A DNA stretch of 44,323 bases from an uncultured Christensenella sp. GTDB taxonomy: Bacteria; Bacillota; Clostridia; Christensenellales; UBA1242. Below are positions 25,366-34,853 of the stretch, piece after piece (positions within the stretch are counted from its first letter, which is position 1; every line of letters starts with the position of its first letter). The notes beneath the pieces were generated by a model. The model saw only the letters and a program-made list of their open reading frames with translations. It did not search any database and was not told where the DNA came from. A program made the translations under genes and the position numbers. The stretch is taken from NCBI GenBank assembly GCA_905203645.1, contig CAJKWP010000002.1:1-44323 (forward strand), in the 5' to 3' direction.

Positions 25366-26175
25366 ATGAAAGCAAAAAAAATTTTAACCGTGCAAGATTT
25401 GTCTTGTTACGGACAATGTTCACTTACGGTTGCACTGCCTGTTTTGTCAGCGCTCAAAATCGAAACCGTCGCCCTGCCGACGGCTGTACTTTCAACGCAC
25501 ACCATGTTCCCGTCTTTCGTTGTCAAAGATTTGACCGACCGAATTTTGCCGTTCAAAAAACATTGGGAACAACAAAATATATTCTTTGACGCATTGTACA
25601 CGGGTTATATGGCAAGCTCCGACCAAATTGACAAAGTTTTGAAACTCAAAAGTCTTTTGAAAGAAGACGGCATAACGATCGTTGACCCTGCTATGGCCGA
25701 CAACGGCAAATTGTACGTTGGGTTTGACCAAAGCATAATAAAAGGAATGAAAAAACTTTGCAAAAACGCCGACGTTATTTTGCCAAACATCACCGAAGCG
25801 TGCTTTTTGACAGGAACCGAGTTCAAAGAAAATTATGACAAAGAATATATACTTTCACTTATGGAAAAACTTTCAAAGATATGCCCTGTTTGCGTTGTCA
25901 CCGGTGTAAAGTTTGACCAAAAGCAACTTGGCGTGGCGTACTTTGACGGCAAAGAAACAAAGTTTTGTTTTGAAAAATTGCAACCCAAATTTTATCACGG
26001 CACCGGCGATATTTTCGCATCGGTTTTTGCAGGCACTTATATCAAAGACAAAAACCTTGCAAAAAGTTGCAAAAACGCTTGCAAATTCGTTGCTCAAAGC
26101 ATAAAAGACACTTTGGACGACCAAGACCACTTTTACGGCGTGCATTTTGAAAACAACCTTTGCAAACTCAAATAA
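25366..26175 (+). CDS. pdxK: pyridoxal/pyridoxamine kinase family protein
   Basis: MKAKKILTVQDLSCYGQCSLTVALPVLSA... and the YHGTGDIFASVF anion hole of the ribokinase superfamily. Start trimmed to ATG 25366 with a GAAGGA RBS. Confidence 0.7.
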   Translation: MKAKKILTVQDLSCYGQCSLTVALPVLSALKIETVALPTAVLSTHTMFPSFVVKDLTDRILPFKKHWEQQNIFFDALYTGYMASSDQIDKVLKLKSLLKEDGITIVDPAMADNGKLYVGFDQSIIKGMKKLCKNADVILPNITEACFLTGTEFKENYDKEYILSLMEKLSKICPVCVVTGVKFDQKQLGVAYFDGKETKFCFEKLQPKFYHGTGDIFASVFAGTYIKDKNLAKSCKNACKFVAQSIKDTLDDQDHFYGVHFENNLCKLK

Positions 26176-26252
26176 CGTTTTGCAACCAAAAACAAATCGA
26201 TTTTTCAAATTTGATTTTTGCAACCTTCAAGCAAAAAATCTTTTTCAAAATC

Positions 26253-26281
26253 TTGACTGAACGGCATTTTTATGATATGCT
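26253..26281 (+). promoter_or_regulatory. promoter for tRNA-Trp
   Basis: TTGACT, 17 nt, TATGCT. The tRNA starts 18 nt later. Confidence 0.5.
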
Positions 26282-26298
26282 TGTATCGTTTCAGTCAA

Positions 26299-26372
26299 AG
26301 GGATGTAGTTAAATGGTATAACTATGGTCTCCAAAACCATTGTCGAGGGTTCGATTCCTTCCATCCCTGCCA
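26299..26372 (+). tRNA. tRNA-Trp (anticodon CCA)
   Basis: Acceptor AGGGATG/CATCCCT, anticodon stem ATGGT/ACCAT with loop CTCCAAA, T arm GAGGG-TTCGATT-CCTTC, and an encoded CCA. Confidence 0.9.
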
Positions 26373-26379
26373 AACGCAC

Positions 26380-26417
26380 AAAAAAATCTCAAACGTTAAT
26401 TTGTTTGAGATTTTTTT
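26380..26417. terminator. bidirectional terminator (tRNA-Trp / XRE gene)
   Basis: AAAAAAATCTCAAAC-loop-GTTTGAGATTTTTTT. Confidence 0.8.
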
Positions 26418-26421
26418 ATGT

Positions 26422-27021
26422 TCAATCTTTGAATTTGAAGTTTATGCTCAGATGTCTTTTGTACAAGTACCACAGGATAACAAGTATTTGTGCAACGGCG
26501 CCGACAATGAACACAAACCAAAAGGCGGGTCTGTTCAACACCAAAAATATCGTCGTTACTATTGACCAAATCAATCCCGAAACGGACAAAAATTGCCAAA
26601 GTTTTCCAAACCAAATTGCAGTCATCACAACCAAAACGATAAAACTTGCGGGCATCGCACCGATAAAGACAAGCCACATTCTGTCAAAGTCGATTGTGCT
26701 GTTCAAAACGAAAAACAACAACGTTGCAACAAACCAAACCAATCCAAAACTGAGCAAAGTGATAAACACGTATTTTGTGTGCACTTTTTTGGGCAACTTT
26801 TCTTGTTTTTTGTAAATCAAATCGTTTACGGTTATTCCAAAATAATCGGCAATCAAAACCAACGTTTCGATATCAGGCACCACCGCACCGACTTCCCATT
26901 TGCTTACGGCTTTGTCCGAATAACAAAGTTCTTCCGCAAGTTTTGCTTGGGTCAAATTTTTTGCCTTGCGAAGCTTTATCAAGTTTTGTGAAAAATTATC
27001 TTTTATTTCTTGTTGAGTCAT
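26422..27021 (-). CDS. membrane-anchored XRE-family HTH regulator
   Basis: NLIKLRKAKNLTQAKLAEELCYSDKAVSKWEVG...ETLVLIADYFGITVNDLI, followed by four hydrophobic segments. Confidence 0.8.
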   Translation of the reverse strand: MTQQEIKDNFSQNLIKLRKAKNLTQAKLAEELCYSDKAVSKWEVGAVVPDIETLVLIADYFGITVNDLIYKKQEKLPKKVHTKYVFITLLSFGLVWFVATLLFFVLNSTIDFDRMWLVFIGAMPASFIVLVVMTAIWFGKLWQFLSVSGLIWSIVTTIFLVLNRPAFWFVFIVGAVAQILVILWYLYKRHLSINFKFKD

Positions 27022-27339
27022 AATTTATCCTTTTTGTAATTTTGCTTGTTTTTCCAAATGCGCTTTGAAAGCAAACGTATTTTGTCAAGGCTTTTAAAGT
27101 TTCGTATATTTATATTTTAACAAACGTTTCAAACCTTTCCAAGTGCCGCGCCTTTGATAATTTGTTATATTTTAGCACAAAAAGTCGAATAATACAAATT
27201 TTTTAAGTGACTCTCTTGACAAGAGAGTTGTATTTTTTTGATTAGAATCGCATTTTGAAACATTCTAGGAAATCGAATTTCATTAGGGTGTGTTTTTTTG
27301 AAAAGCGCAATACAATATTAACAAAAAAGGAGAAAAAAA

Positions 27340-28179
27340 ATGAAAATAGCTATATCTGCGGAAAGCACAATCGATCTTCCGCAAAATCTTTTGGAAAAAT
27401 TCGATATTCATACGACACCTTTTACAATAAATCTGGACGAACAAGTACTTCACGACGAACAAGGTATTTCGTCAAAAATATACGACTTTGTTGCAAAAAC
27501 GAAAACGTTGCCGAAAACAAGCGCCGTAAACCAAGTGCAATTTGAAGAACACTTTTCTTCTCTTTTGAAATCTTTTGACGCCGTCGTTCACGTCAGTTTG
27601 AGTTCCATGATAAGCAGTGCTTGCCAAAACGCTTTGACAGCAGCAAAAAACTTTGACAATGTGTGTGTTGTTGATTCAAAAACCCTTTCGACTGGCATTG
27701 CACTTTTGGCAATAAGGGCACGCAAACTTGCAGACAGCGGACTTGATGCAAAGACAATAGCAAACAAAATTCAAAACCTTACTCCAAATGTTCAAGCAGG
27801 ATTTATTTTGGAAAATTTGCAATATTTGTACCGTGGTGGAAGATGCTCTTCCCTTGCGCTTTTTGGTGCAAATCTTTTGAAAATCAAACCACAAATTATT
27901 GTGAACAGCCAAGGAAAAATGGTCCTCGGCAAAAAATTTATGGGGAACTTCGGTGTATGTGTAGAAAAATATGCCAATCAAATTTTGTCCGATTACAAAA
28001 ATCCTGACCTTGAAAATATTTTTATCACCCACTCGTCACCTATGGACGAAATTGTACAAAAGTTGACGGCAAAACTCAAAGAACGCGGCTTTGAAAACGT
28101 TTACGACACCTTTGCCGGCGGAACGATTTCAAGTCACTGTGGGCCAAACTGCATTGGAATTTTGTTTCTAAACAAATAA
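27340..28179 (+). CDS. DegV family (fatty-acid-binding) protein
   Basis: 279 aa. KIAISAESTIDLP..., KTSAVNQVQF (the TSQPS-like position), and GGRCSSL. Strong AAGGAG RBS. Confidence 0.75.
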   Translation: MKIAISAESTIDLPQNLLEKFDIHTTPFTINLDEQVLHDEQGISSKIYDFVAKTKTLPKTSAVNQVQFEEHFSSLLKSFDAVVHVSLSSMISSACQNALTAAKNFDNVCVVDSKTLSTGIALLAIRARKLADSGLDAKTIANKIQNLTPNVQAGFILENLQYLYRGGRCSSLALFGANLLKIKPQIIVNSQGKMVLGKKFMGNFGVCVEKYANQILSDYKNPDLENIFITHSSPMDEIVQKLTAKLKERGFENVYDTFAGGTISSHCGPNCIGILFLNK

Positions 28180-28200
28180 CAATTTTAAAAGGAAAAAATT

Positions 28201-28902
28201 ATGAAAAAAAACAAAGTTATCGTCATAGGCGATTCCATTACAAAAGGCATAATTTTTGAAGATAACAAACTTTCTTCAACACAACCTGCAATTGATATTA
28301 TTGGCAATGCGCTGAATTTGGAAATTGAAAATTTTTCTTCATTTGGGCAAACAATCAAACGAGTAAATCAAAAGGGCATTGTTGACAGAATAATAATGCA
28401 AAAAGATAAGTCCAAAACCAACTATGCGGTTTTATGCATCGGCGGAAACGATTCCGATTATGACTGGAAACAAGTTGACAAAATGCCACAACAAAGACAC
28501 AGTCCCAAAACAAATCTGGACGAGTTTGAACAAATTTACAATCAAACAGTAACAAAACTCAAAAAGCATGGCTTTAAAGTTGTTGTTTGTTCAATATGCC
28601 CCATCAAAGCAGAATGGTATTTTGAAAACGTTATATCAAAAATTGCAAATCCACAAAACGTGTTGACTTTTTTGCACAATGATCTTTCAAATCTTACAAG
28701 ACATCAAGAACTGTTCAACAACGAAATAATCAAAATCGCAACCAAACAAAATCTTCCTTTTTTGGATATAAGAAAAATATTTTTACAAGATAATGCTTGC
28801 TTTGAATATTTTTGCAAAGATGGATGTCACCTTACAAAACAAGGGCAAAATTTGATTGCAGCCAAAGTTATATCAAAATATTACAAGGAACTTAGAATTT
28901 GA
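28201..28902 (+). CDS. SGNH/GDSL-type hydrolase
   Basis: Block I VIVIGDSITKG, block III CIGGNDSD, block V KDGCHLT (DxxH). Confidence 0.75.
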   Translation: MKKNKVIVIGDSITKGIIFEDNKLSSTQPAIDIIGNALNLEIENFSSFGQTIKRVNQKGIVDRIIMQKDKSKTNYAVLCIGGNDSDYDWKQVDKMPQQRHSPKTNLDEFEQIYNQTVTKLKKHGFKVVVCSICPIKAEWYFENVISKIANPQNVLTFLHNDLSNLTRHQELFNNEIIKIATKQNLPFLDIRKIFLQDNACFEYFCKDGCHLTKQGQNLIAAKVISKYYKELRI

Positions 28903-28920
28903 TTTTTTTTACAAAAAGTC

Positions 28921-28949
28921 TTGACAAAAAAAAATCAAACCTTTATATT
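28921..28949 (+). promoter_or_regulatory. promoter for tRNA-Leu
   Basis: TTGACA, 17 nt, TATATT. A ~70-nt leader precedes the tRNA. Confidence 0.55.
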
Positions 28950-29026
28950 ATATATGCTTTCATGCAAACGGTTTTCAAGCAAAACTTGCACAAATCGTTT
29001 TTCAAAAGCAAGTGAAAGCATAATAT

Positions 29027-29109
29027 GCGAGTGTGGCGGAATCGGCAGACGCGCACGTTTAAGGGGCGTGTTCGAAAGAGTAAGGGTTCAAGTCCCTTCA
29101 CTCGCACCA
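29027..29109 (+). tRNA. tRNA-Leu, class II, anticodon read as AAG
   Basis: Acceptor GCGAGTG/CACTCGC, D region GCGGAATCGGCAGACGCG, anticodon stem CACGT/GCGTG (one G-U) with loop TTAAGGG (AAG at 29061-29063), long variable arm TTCGAAAGAGT, T arm AAGGG-TTCAAGT-CCCTT, and an encoded CCA. Alternative registers that would give TAA pair badly. Confidence 0.75.
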
Positions 29110-29112
29110 ATT

Positions 29113-29136
29113 ACAGGCTATCAAGCCTGTTTTTTT
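29113..29136 (+). terminator. rho-independent terminator after tRNA-Leu
   Basis: ACAGGCT-atca-AGCCTGT followed by TTTTTT. Confidence 0.8.
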
Positions 29137-29214
29137 ATGTATTTTTTGTGAATACGCTGACTTATCGGGACTTGAACGTGACAGCGTAGCGGAACAAGTT
29201 TCTTCCCTCTCACC

Positions 29215-29257
29215 AAAAAAAAACAGAACTTTTAACTTTGTTTAAGCTCTGTTTTTT
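29215..29257. terminator. terminator downstream of glnS (symmetrical)
   Basis: A-run, ACAGAACTT-loop-AAGCTCTGT, T-run. Confidence 0.65.
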
Positions 29258-29271
29258 ATCTTCATATTTTA

Positions 29272-30948
29272 TTATTTTTTGAATGAGTCTTTGAGCGATA
29301 TTGTCGAATTGAAAATATATTTATCTTTTGTTGAATCTTTGTCCAGCGTATAGTAACCTTTTCGCATGAATTGAAATTTGTCAAAAGGTTTTGCTTCTTT
29401 CAAAAAGTTTTCTGCAAGTGCAGTTGTTTCGATCAAAGAATCTGGTTCCAATATTTCGTCAATACTTACTCCTTGTGCAAGTGCCTTAGTTGGCCACAGA
29501 TATTCGGCCTTTGTCAAATTTTTAAAATTTCGTATGGTACATTCAAAACAGTTTTGTTTTGCGACAAAATGAATTGTACCTTTCACTTTCAAACCGCTTG
29601 TGTCTTGTCCACTTTTTGTCCCAGGTATGTACTCGCATTTCAAATAATCAATTGAACCATCATTTTTATAAATTACTTCATTGCATTTTATGATATATGC
29701 ACCTTTCAAACGTACCATTCCACCAACTATCAACCGATTATATTTTGGTGGTGGGTCAAGCGAAAAGTCGTCTTTTTCAATAAAAATTTCACGACCAAAC
29801 AATGCTTGATGAACCCCTGCATTTTCATCATTTGGATTGTTTTGTATTTCAATTTCTTCTGTTTTGCTTTCATCCCAATTTGTTATCACAACTTTTAATG
29901 GATCAAGAACAACCATAGCCCTTGTTGCAATGCGGTTCAAGTCATCACGAATATAATATTCCAGTTGACTAAATGGAATTGTGCTTTCACTTGCAACAAC
30001 ACCGCAACTGCGAATAAAATTTTTGACTCCATCGGCAGTATAACCACGTCTTTTCATTCCAACTATTGTCAAATATCTTGGATCATCCCATCCAAGAACC
30101 TTGCCAGAATTAACAAGTGCTTTTAAATATCTTTTTCCAAGCAAAACATTTTCCAAATTAAGCATAGAAAATTCACGTTGCTTTGGTGGATATGGTTTGT
30201 CCCAACCGTGCTGAATAAACCAATCGTAAAGTTCGCGATGTACACGGAAAGTAATATCGCACAAACTGTAAGTTACCCCTTCCAAAGCATCTTCCATAGG
30301 ATGTGCAAAATCATAAATTGGATATATACACCATTTGTCACCTGTTTTGTAGTGGTGTACGCGTGAAATTTTGTACATAATTGGGTCACGCATCAATATA
30401 TTTGGGTGATTCATGTCAATTTTTGCACGCAAAGTAAGACTTCCATCAGGATATTTTCCCGCCTTCATTTCGCGGAACAAACGCAAACTTTCTTCGGCAG
30501 GGCGGTCACGATATGGGCTGTTCTGTCCAGGTTCGGTAAGTGTTCCTTTCATCGAAAGTTGCTGTTCTTGACTGAGTTCGTCAACATATGCATATCCTTT
30601 TTTAATCATTTTTTCGGCTATTTCATAAATTTTATCAAAATATGCCTCAGATGCAAAAATCATTGCTTTTGGTGTATAGCCAAGCCATTTCAAATCTTCC
30701 AAATAACTTTCGGCGAATTCTCCTTGTTCCCTGCTTGGGTTTGTATCATCCATACGCAAATATGTATACCCACCAAACTTTATTGCAGTTTCAAAATCAA
30801 TCATCCATGCTTTGCAATGACCAATATGCCAATATCCACTTGGCTCAGGTGGGCATCGAGTGATTACTTCTTTGCTTCTTCCTGCTTTCAAATCCGCCAA
30901 AATTTCATCTTCAATAAAATTTGATGGTACAATACTGTCTAAATTCAT
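29272..30948 (-). CDS. glnS: glutamine--tRNA ligase
   Basis: 558 aa. PPEPSGYWHIGHCKA (HIGH), YLRMDDTNP, LNLENVLLGKRYL (VMSKR-like), and a long C-terminal beta-barrel anticodon-binding region typical of GlnRS rather than GluRS. Confidence 0.85.
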   Translation of the reverse strand: MNLDSIVPSNFIEDEILADLKAGRSKEVITRCPPEPSGYWHIGHCKAWMIDFETAIKFGGYTYLRMDDTNPSREQGEFAESYLEDLKWLGYTPKAMIFASEAYFDKIYEIAEKMIKKGYAYVDELSQEQQLSMKGTLTEPGQNSPYRDRPAEESLRLFREMKAGKYPDGSLTLRAKIDMNHPNILMRDPIMYKISRVHHYKTGDKWCIYPIYDFAHPMEDALEGVTYSLCDITFRVHRELYDWFIQHGWDKPYPPKQREFSMLNLENVLLGKRYLKALVNSGKVLGWDDPRYLTIVGMKRRGYTADGVKNFIRSCGVVASESTIPFSQLEYYIRDDLNRIATRAMVVLDPLKVVITNWDESKTEEIEIQNNPNDENAGVHQALFGREIFIEKDDFSLDPPPKYNRLIVGGMVRLKGAYIIKCNEVIYKNDGSIDYLKCEYIPGTKSGQDTSGLKVKGTIHFVAKQNCFECTIRNFKNLTKAEYLWPTKALAQGVSIDEILEPDSLIETTALAENFLKEAKPFDKFQFMRKGYYTLDKDSTKDKYIFNSTISLKDSFKK

Positions 30949-31183
30949 AAATAACCTCTTGGGTTATGATAATGTATTTGATTTAAAATGTCAATCAATA
31001 CACAAAAAAAACAAAAATGACAATGGCTATGTCGTTTAGTTTCAATCAAACGTTTTCAATACAAACAATCAAAAAGTGTGTGATTTTGTGCAAATTTGAC
31101 GCAAAGAAAATTGTAAATTTGCAACCAAAAGAGATGCAAAAAGTATAAAAATATGTTAGACTACAAAAAAGGAAATTATACTT

Positions 31184-32161
31184 ATGAAAAGATTGTCAAA
31201 ATCAAATATAATTATTATTGTAGTTTGTTGTATAGTTGCATTTCTTACACTTGCGGTTTGTGAGTACTATTTTGGACACAACCCAAGCAACTGGAACAAA
31301 ATTTCCACAAACGTTTTTGAAATTCCAGATTTGAAGCAAGGCTTTATCCCACAAGGGTTGTGTTTTGACGAAATGCAAGAAAAATATTTTGTCAGTGGAT
31401 ATATGAAAGACGGCTCACCTTCTCGTATCTATGTAATTGACAATCAAACAAATCAAAAGAAATACTTTACACTTTCAAGCCAAGATTTTGAAAGGGGACA
31501 TTTTGGTGGAATATCCACTCATGGCGATTTTGTTTTTGTTGCAAGTGACAAGCATGTTTTGACACTTTCGGCAAACGACATTGCAAACGTAAAAAACGGC
31601 GAAAAAGTACAAGTTCAAAATTCACTTTTGACACCCACAGGCGCAGACTTTTGCTTTGCACAAAACGACGGACTTTGGGTTGGCGAATTTTATCGTGCAA
31701 AGAAATATGAAACAGACCCAACTCATTATGTGAAAATAAGCGAAAAAGAAATAAATCACTCAGTTGCAATTTTCTATCCTTATGACAATCTTGCACAAAG
31801 CGAACTGAGCGCAGTGGCAACAAAAGCACTTTCTATCCCCGACCAAGTACAAGGAATGAGTATTTTGCCAGACGGCAGAATTGTACTTTCGTCATCTTGG
31901 AGCCTTGCCGATTCAAAAATATATATCTTTGGCACAGAACGCGCGCAAGAAAACACGACACTTGCATTGGGCGAAACACAAGTTCCAATGGAAGTTTTGT
32001 CAAAGCAAGATATCCAAAAAACAATAGTTGCTCCTTGTATGGCAGAAGGTATTGTTTGCAAAGACAACAATTTGCAAATCTTGTTTGAATCTGCTTGCAA
32101 CAAATACAAATTCTTTACTCGCAATCGCATACGTCACGTGCAAAGCGTAAAAATTGATTGA
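31184..32161 (+). CDS. membrane-anchored hypothetical protein (325 aa)
   Basis: N-terminal hydrophobic anchor IIIIVVCCIVAFLTLAV. The rest is beta-rich. No motif recognised. Confidence 0.6.
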   Translation: MKRLSKSNIIIIVVCCIVAFLTLAVCEYYFGHNPSNWNKISTNVFEIPDLKQGFIPQGLCFDEMQEKYFVSGYMKDGSPSRIYVIDNQTNQKKYFTLSSQDFERGHFGGISTHGDFVFVASDKHVLTLSANDIANVKNGEKVQVQNSLLTPTGADFCFAQNDGLWVGEFYRAKKYETDPTHYVKISEKEINHSVAIFYPYDNLAQSELSAVATKALSIPDQVQGMSILPDGRIVLSSSWSLADSKIYIFGTERAQENTTLALGETQVPMEVLSKQDIQKTIVAPCMAEGIVCKDNNLQILFESACNKYKFFTRNRIRHVQSVKID

Positions 32162-32233
32162 AAAATACTGAAAAACAAAACTTTATAAAAAAATTTGTTT
32201 AGAAAAAAATATCGCAATAAATTTAAAAAATAT

Positions 32234-32279
32234 CAAAAAAAATCACAAAATTGGGTGTAACTACACATTTTGTGATTTT
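32234..32279. terminator. bidirectional terminator (325-aa ORF / valS)
   Basis: AAAAAAAATCACAAAAT-15 nt loop-ATTTTGTGATTTTT. Confidence 0.75.
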
Positions 32280-32302
32280 TATTTTGTTTTTTTGAAAATC
32301 AA

Positions 32303-34717
32303 TTATTCTTCGTCGGGGATGATTTCGCCGATTTGAACGTCAAGGTCTTTGCCGTCGTGAAGGTTTATTTGATTTATGGAGCACACCGCTTTGATGTCGG
32401 TTTCGGCTTGTTTTAAAAATTCGGTTATGTTTGAAGTGATTGTCACGTCTTTGATAAATGTTTTGAGTGAAACTTTGTTGACAGATTTGAATTGTCTTAT
32501 TTGTGCAACTATGTCAACCACCATGTCGCCGTTTTGTATAATTGATGCATCTTCAACATTTCCCAAATCCAAATATCCCGAAACGTGCACGGATTTTTTG
32601 TTTTCTTTTTCGGCAAAAAAGTCCATGTATATTTCTTCGGTTATATGTGGCAAAACTGGTGCAAACATTTTGAGCATTCCCAAAAGAACATAGTAGCACG
32701 CATATTTTGCTGAGTCGCATTTGTCTTGACCGTAAACATCTGGGTTGTACAATCTGCGTTTTACAATTTCAACGTAATTGTCACAGAAATTCCAGAAGAA
32801 TTTTTCAAGTTCGTTGAGTGCAAGGGCAATTTCATATCTATCCAAAAATTTGATAAATCTTGAATATAACTCCTTGTATTTTTCAATTATCCACTTGTCC
32901 ATAACTTCAAGTTTGATTGGTTGTGGATTGTAATCTTGCAAGAATGACAAAACAAATTTGCTTACATTCCATATCTTGTTAACCAACTTTTTGCCGTTGT
33001 CAAATTCGACAAACGAAAATGCGGTATCTTTTCCAAGTGTAAGGCTGTTTGCCCAATATCTTGTCACGTCGGCAGAATAATTTTTGATAATTTCTTGTGG
33101 AGTGTTTTTGCTGTTGCCCTTTGATTTTGCAAGTTTTGAGCCGTCTTCACTGGTAACGTAGCCAGATATCATAAGGTCAGTCCAAGGCAATTTTCCAAAG
33201 TGATACAAACTTTTTGTGATTGTGTAAAAGTCCCAAACACGAATGTTGTCGTGTGCGTTTGGACGCAAACTCATTGGAACCATGCTGTCGTCAAGGCCTT
33301 TGCCCGTTTGCAAATCGGTGCTGATTTGTGGTGTCAGACTGGAAGTTGCCCATGTATCCATAACGTCAGTTTCGGGTACAAATTCGTTGCATCCGCATTC
33401 GCAGGGATGTTTTGGACTGTCTTTGAGTGGGTCAACTGGCAAGTCTTGTTTATCTGCCAAAACGACTTTTCCGCAGTTTTTGCAGTACCATACTGGGAAT
33501 GGAACGCCAAAATATCTTTGACGTGAAATACACCAGTTCCAAGCCAAATTTTCAACCCAATTAAGGTATCTTGCACGCATAGATTGTGGATGCCAATCAA
33601 GTTTCATGCCCGCATCATAAAGTTCTTGTTTGTGGCTCAAAACGTCAATAAACCATTGTTTTTTGACTGCGATTTCGATTGGTGTGCCACATCTGTCGTG
33701 TGTGGAAACTGCGTGAGAGATGTTTTCTTCTTTTATAAGCAAGTCATTTTCTTTGAGTTTTTCTTTTATCAAAGCACGTGCTTCGGCGATTTTCATGCCT
33801 GCAAATTCTTTTGCAAGTTCGGTCATTCTTCCGTTGTCAGTAAAGCACTTTTTGATTTGTAAATTGTGTTTTCTTTGCCATTCTTTGTCGGTAGTGTCAC
33901 CAAAAGTACAGCACATAACAATGCCCGAACCTTTTTCCAAATCAACAAGTTCGTCTGTCAAAACTGGGACTTCGTATCCAAAATAAGGAACAACAAGTTT
34001 TTTGTCCAAAAGGTGCAGATTTTTTTTGTCTTTGGGGTTGATAAACACGCAAACAACACCGCAAAGCATTTCGGGACGAGTAGTTGCAACAGTAACATAT
34101 TCGTCTGTGCCAGAAATATAAAATTTCAGATAATTGAAAGTGCTTTCGATTTCCTTGTCTTCAAGTTCTGATTGAGCGCAAGCGGTTTGACATTCGGTGC
34201 ACCAAAGAGCCGGTGCTTCTTGGTGATAAATGTATCCCTTGTTGAAAAGGTCAATAAATGATTCTTGGGATATTTTTTGTGTGCGTGGTGCGATTGAAGA
34301 ATAGTGCGTTTTCAAGTTGCAACTGAAACCCGCTTTTTTGTAAAGGTCAAAAAATTCTTCTTCAAGCTTTTTTGTTTCGTCCAAGCAAATATTCACAAAT
34401 GTTTGACGTGGAAGTTCATACGCTCTTTTTTTGATTATTTTTTCGACATATCTTTCGGTTGGCAAGCCATTGTCGTCAAAACCAAATGGAAAGTATACGT
34501 TTTCGCCTTTCATTCTGTGATGCCTTGCAACCGTTTCAATGTGCATATATGACGACAAATGTCCCATATGAATTTTGCCGTTGCAGGTTGGTGGTGGCGT
34601 ATCGATTGAATAAGTCTTTTTGTCACTGTCAGGTTGATATTTGTAAATATCGTTTTCAAACCAATAATTTTGCCATTTTTCTTCTTTTTCACCAAAATTG
34701 TATTTTTTGTCCAACAT
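32303..34717 (-). CDS. valS: valine--tRNA ligase (short, archaeal/actinobacterial-like type)
   Basis: 804 aa. IDTPPPTCNGKIHMGHLSSY (HIGH) and KLAKSKGN (KMSKS). CP1 editing-domain-sized insertion. No long C-terminal coiled coil. Confidence 0.8.
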   Translation of the reverse strand: MLDKKYNFGEKEEKWQNYWFENDIYKYQPDSDKKTYSIDTPPPTCNGKIHMGHLSSYMHIETVARHHRMKGENVYFPFGFDDNGLPTERYVEKIIKKRAYELPRQTFVNICLDETKKLEEEFFDLYKKAGFSCNLKTHYSSIAPRTQKISQESFIDLFNKGYIYHQEAPALWCTECQTACAQSELEDKEIESTFNYLKFYISGTDEYVTVATTRPEMLCGVVCVFINPKDKKNLHLLDKKLVVPYFGYEVPVLTDELVDLEKGSGIVMCCTFGDTTDKEWQRKHNLQIKKCFTDNGRMTELAKEFAGMKIAEARALIKEKLKENDLLIKEENISHAVSTHDRCGTPIEIAVKKQWFIDVLSHKQELYDAGMKLDWHPQSMRARYLNWVENLAWNWCISRQRYFGVPFPVWYCKNCGKVVLADKQDLPVDPLKDSPKHPCECGCNEFVPETDVMDTWATSSLTPQISTDLQTGKGLDDSMVPMSLRPNAHDNIRVWDFYTITKSLYHFGKLPWTDLMISGYVTSEDGSKLAKSKGNSKNTPQEIIKNYSADVTRYWANSLTLGKDTAFSFVEFDNGKKLVNKIWNVSKFVLSFLQDYNPQPIKLEVMDKWIIEKYKELYSRFIKFLDRYEIALALNELEKFFWNFCDNYVEIVKRRLYNPDVYGQDKCDSAKYACYYVLLGMLKMFAPVLPHITEEIYMDFFAEKENKKSVHVSGYLDLGNVEDASIIQNGDMVVDIVAQIRQFKSVNKVSLKTFIKDVTITSNITEFLKQAETDIKAVCSINQINLHDGKDLDVQIGEIIPDEE

Positions 34718-34767
34718 AAAATTACCTCTCGTTATTTTGCGTCAGTGGCGCAATTCAAGTCTTTATG

Positions 34768-34796
34768 ATTATATATTTTTTGTGATATAAAATCAA
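34768..34796 (-). promoter_or_regulatory. sigma70-type promoter for valS
   Basis: Minus strand reads TTGATT (34796-34791), 17 nt, TATAAT (34773-34768). It leaves a ~45-nt leader, too short for a T-box. Confidence 0.6.
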
Positions 34797-34798
34797 GT

Positions 34799-34836
34799 AA
34801 AAAAAAGATGCTTGTCGCATTTTGCGAACAAACATC
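34799..34836 (-). terminator. rho-independent terminator after the P-type ATPase gene
   Basis: Minus strand reads GATGTTTGTTCGCAAAATGCGACAAGCATC followed by T8. Confidence 0.75.
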
Positions 34837-34853
34837 AAAAACATTTGAAAGAT

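Noticed and set aside
27210-27241. Hairpin ACTCTCTTG-A-CAAGAGAGT followed by a T-run in the XRE/degV intergenic region, considered as a terminator or attenuator
   Set aside because: No plus-strand gene ends upstream of it, and the palindrome contains a TTGACA hexamer. It may be an operator overlapping a -35 box for degV, but I could not pair it with a convincing -10, so it is left uncalled.
31017-31154. 45-codon ORF (MTMAMSFSFNQ...) in the glnS / 325-aa ORF intergenic region
   Set aside because: No Shine-Dalgarno sequence, low-complexity composition, and nothing to distinguish it from chance in AT-rich DNA.
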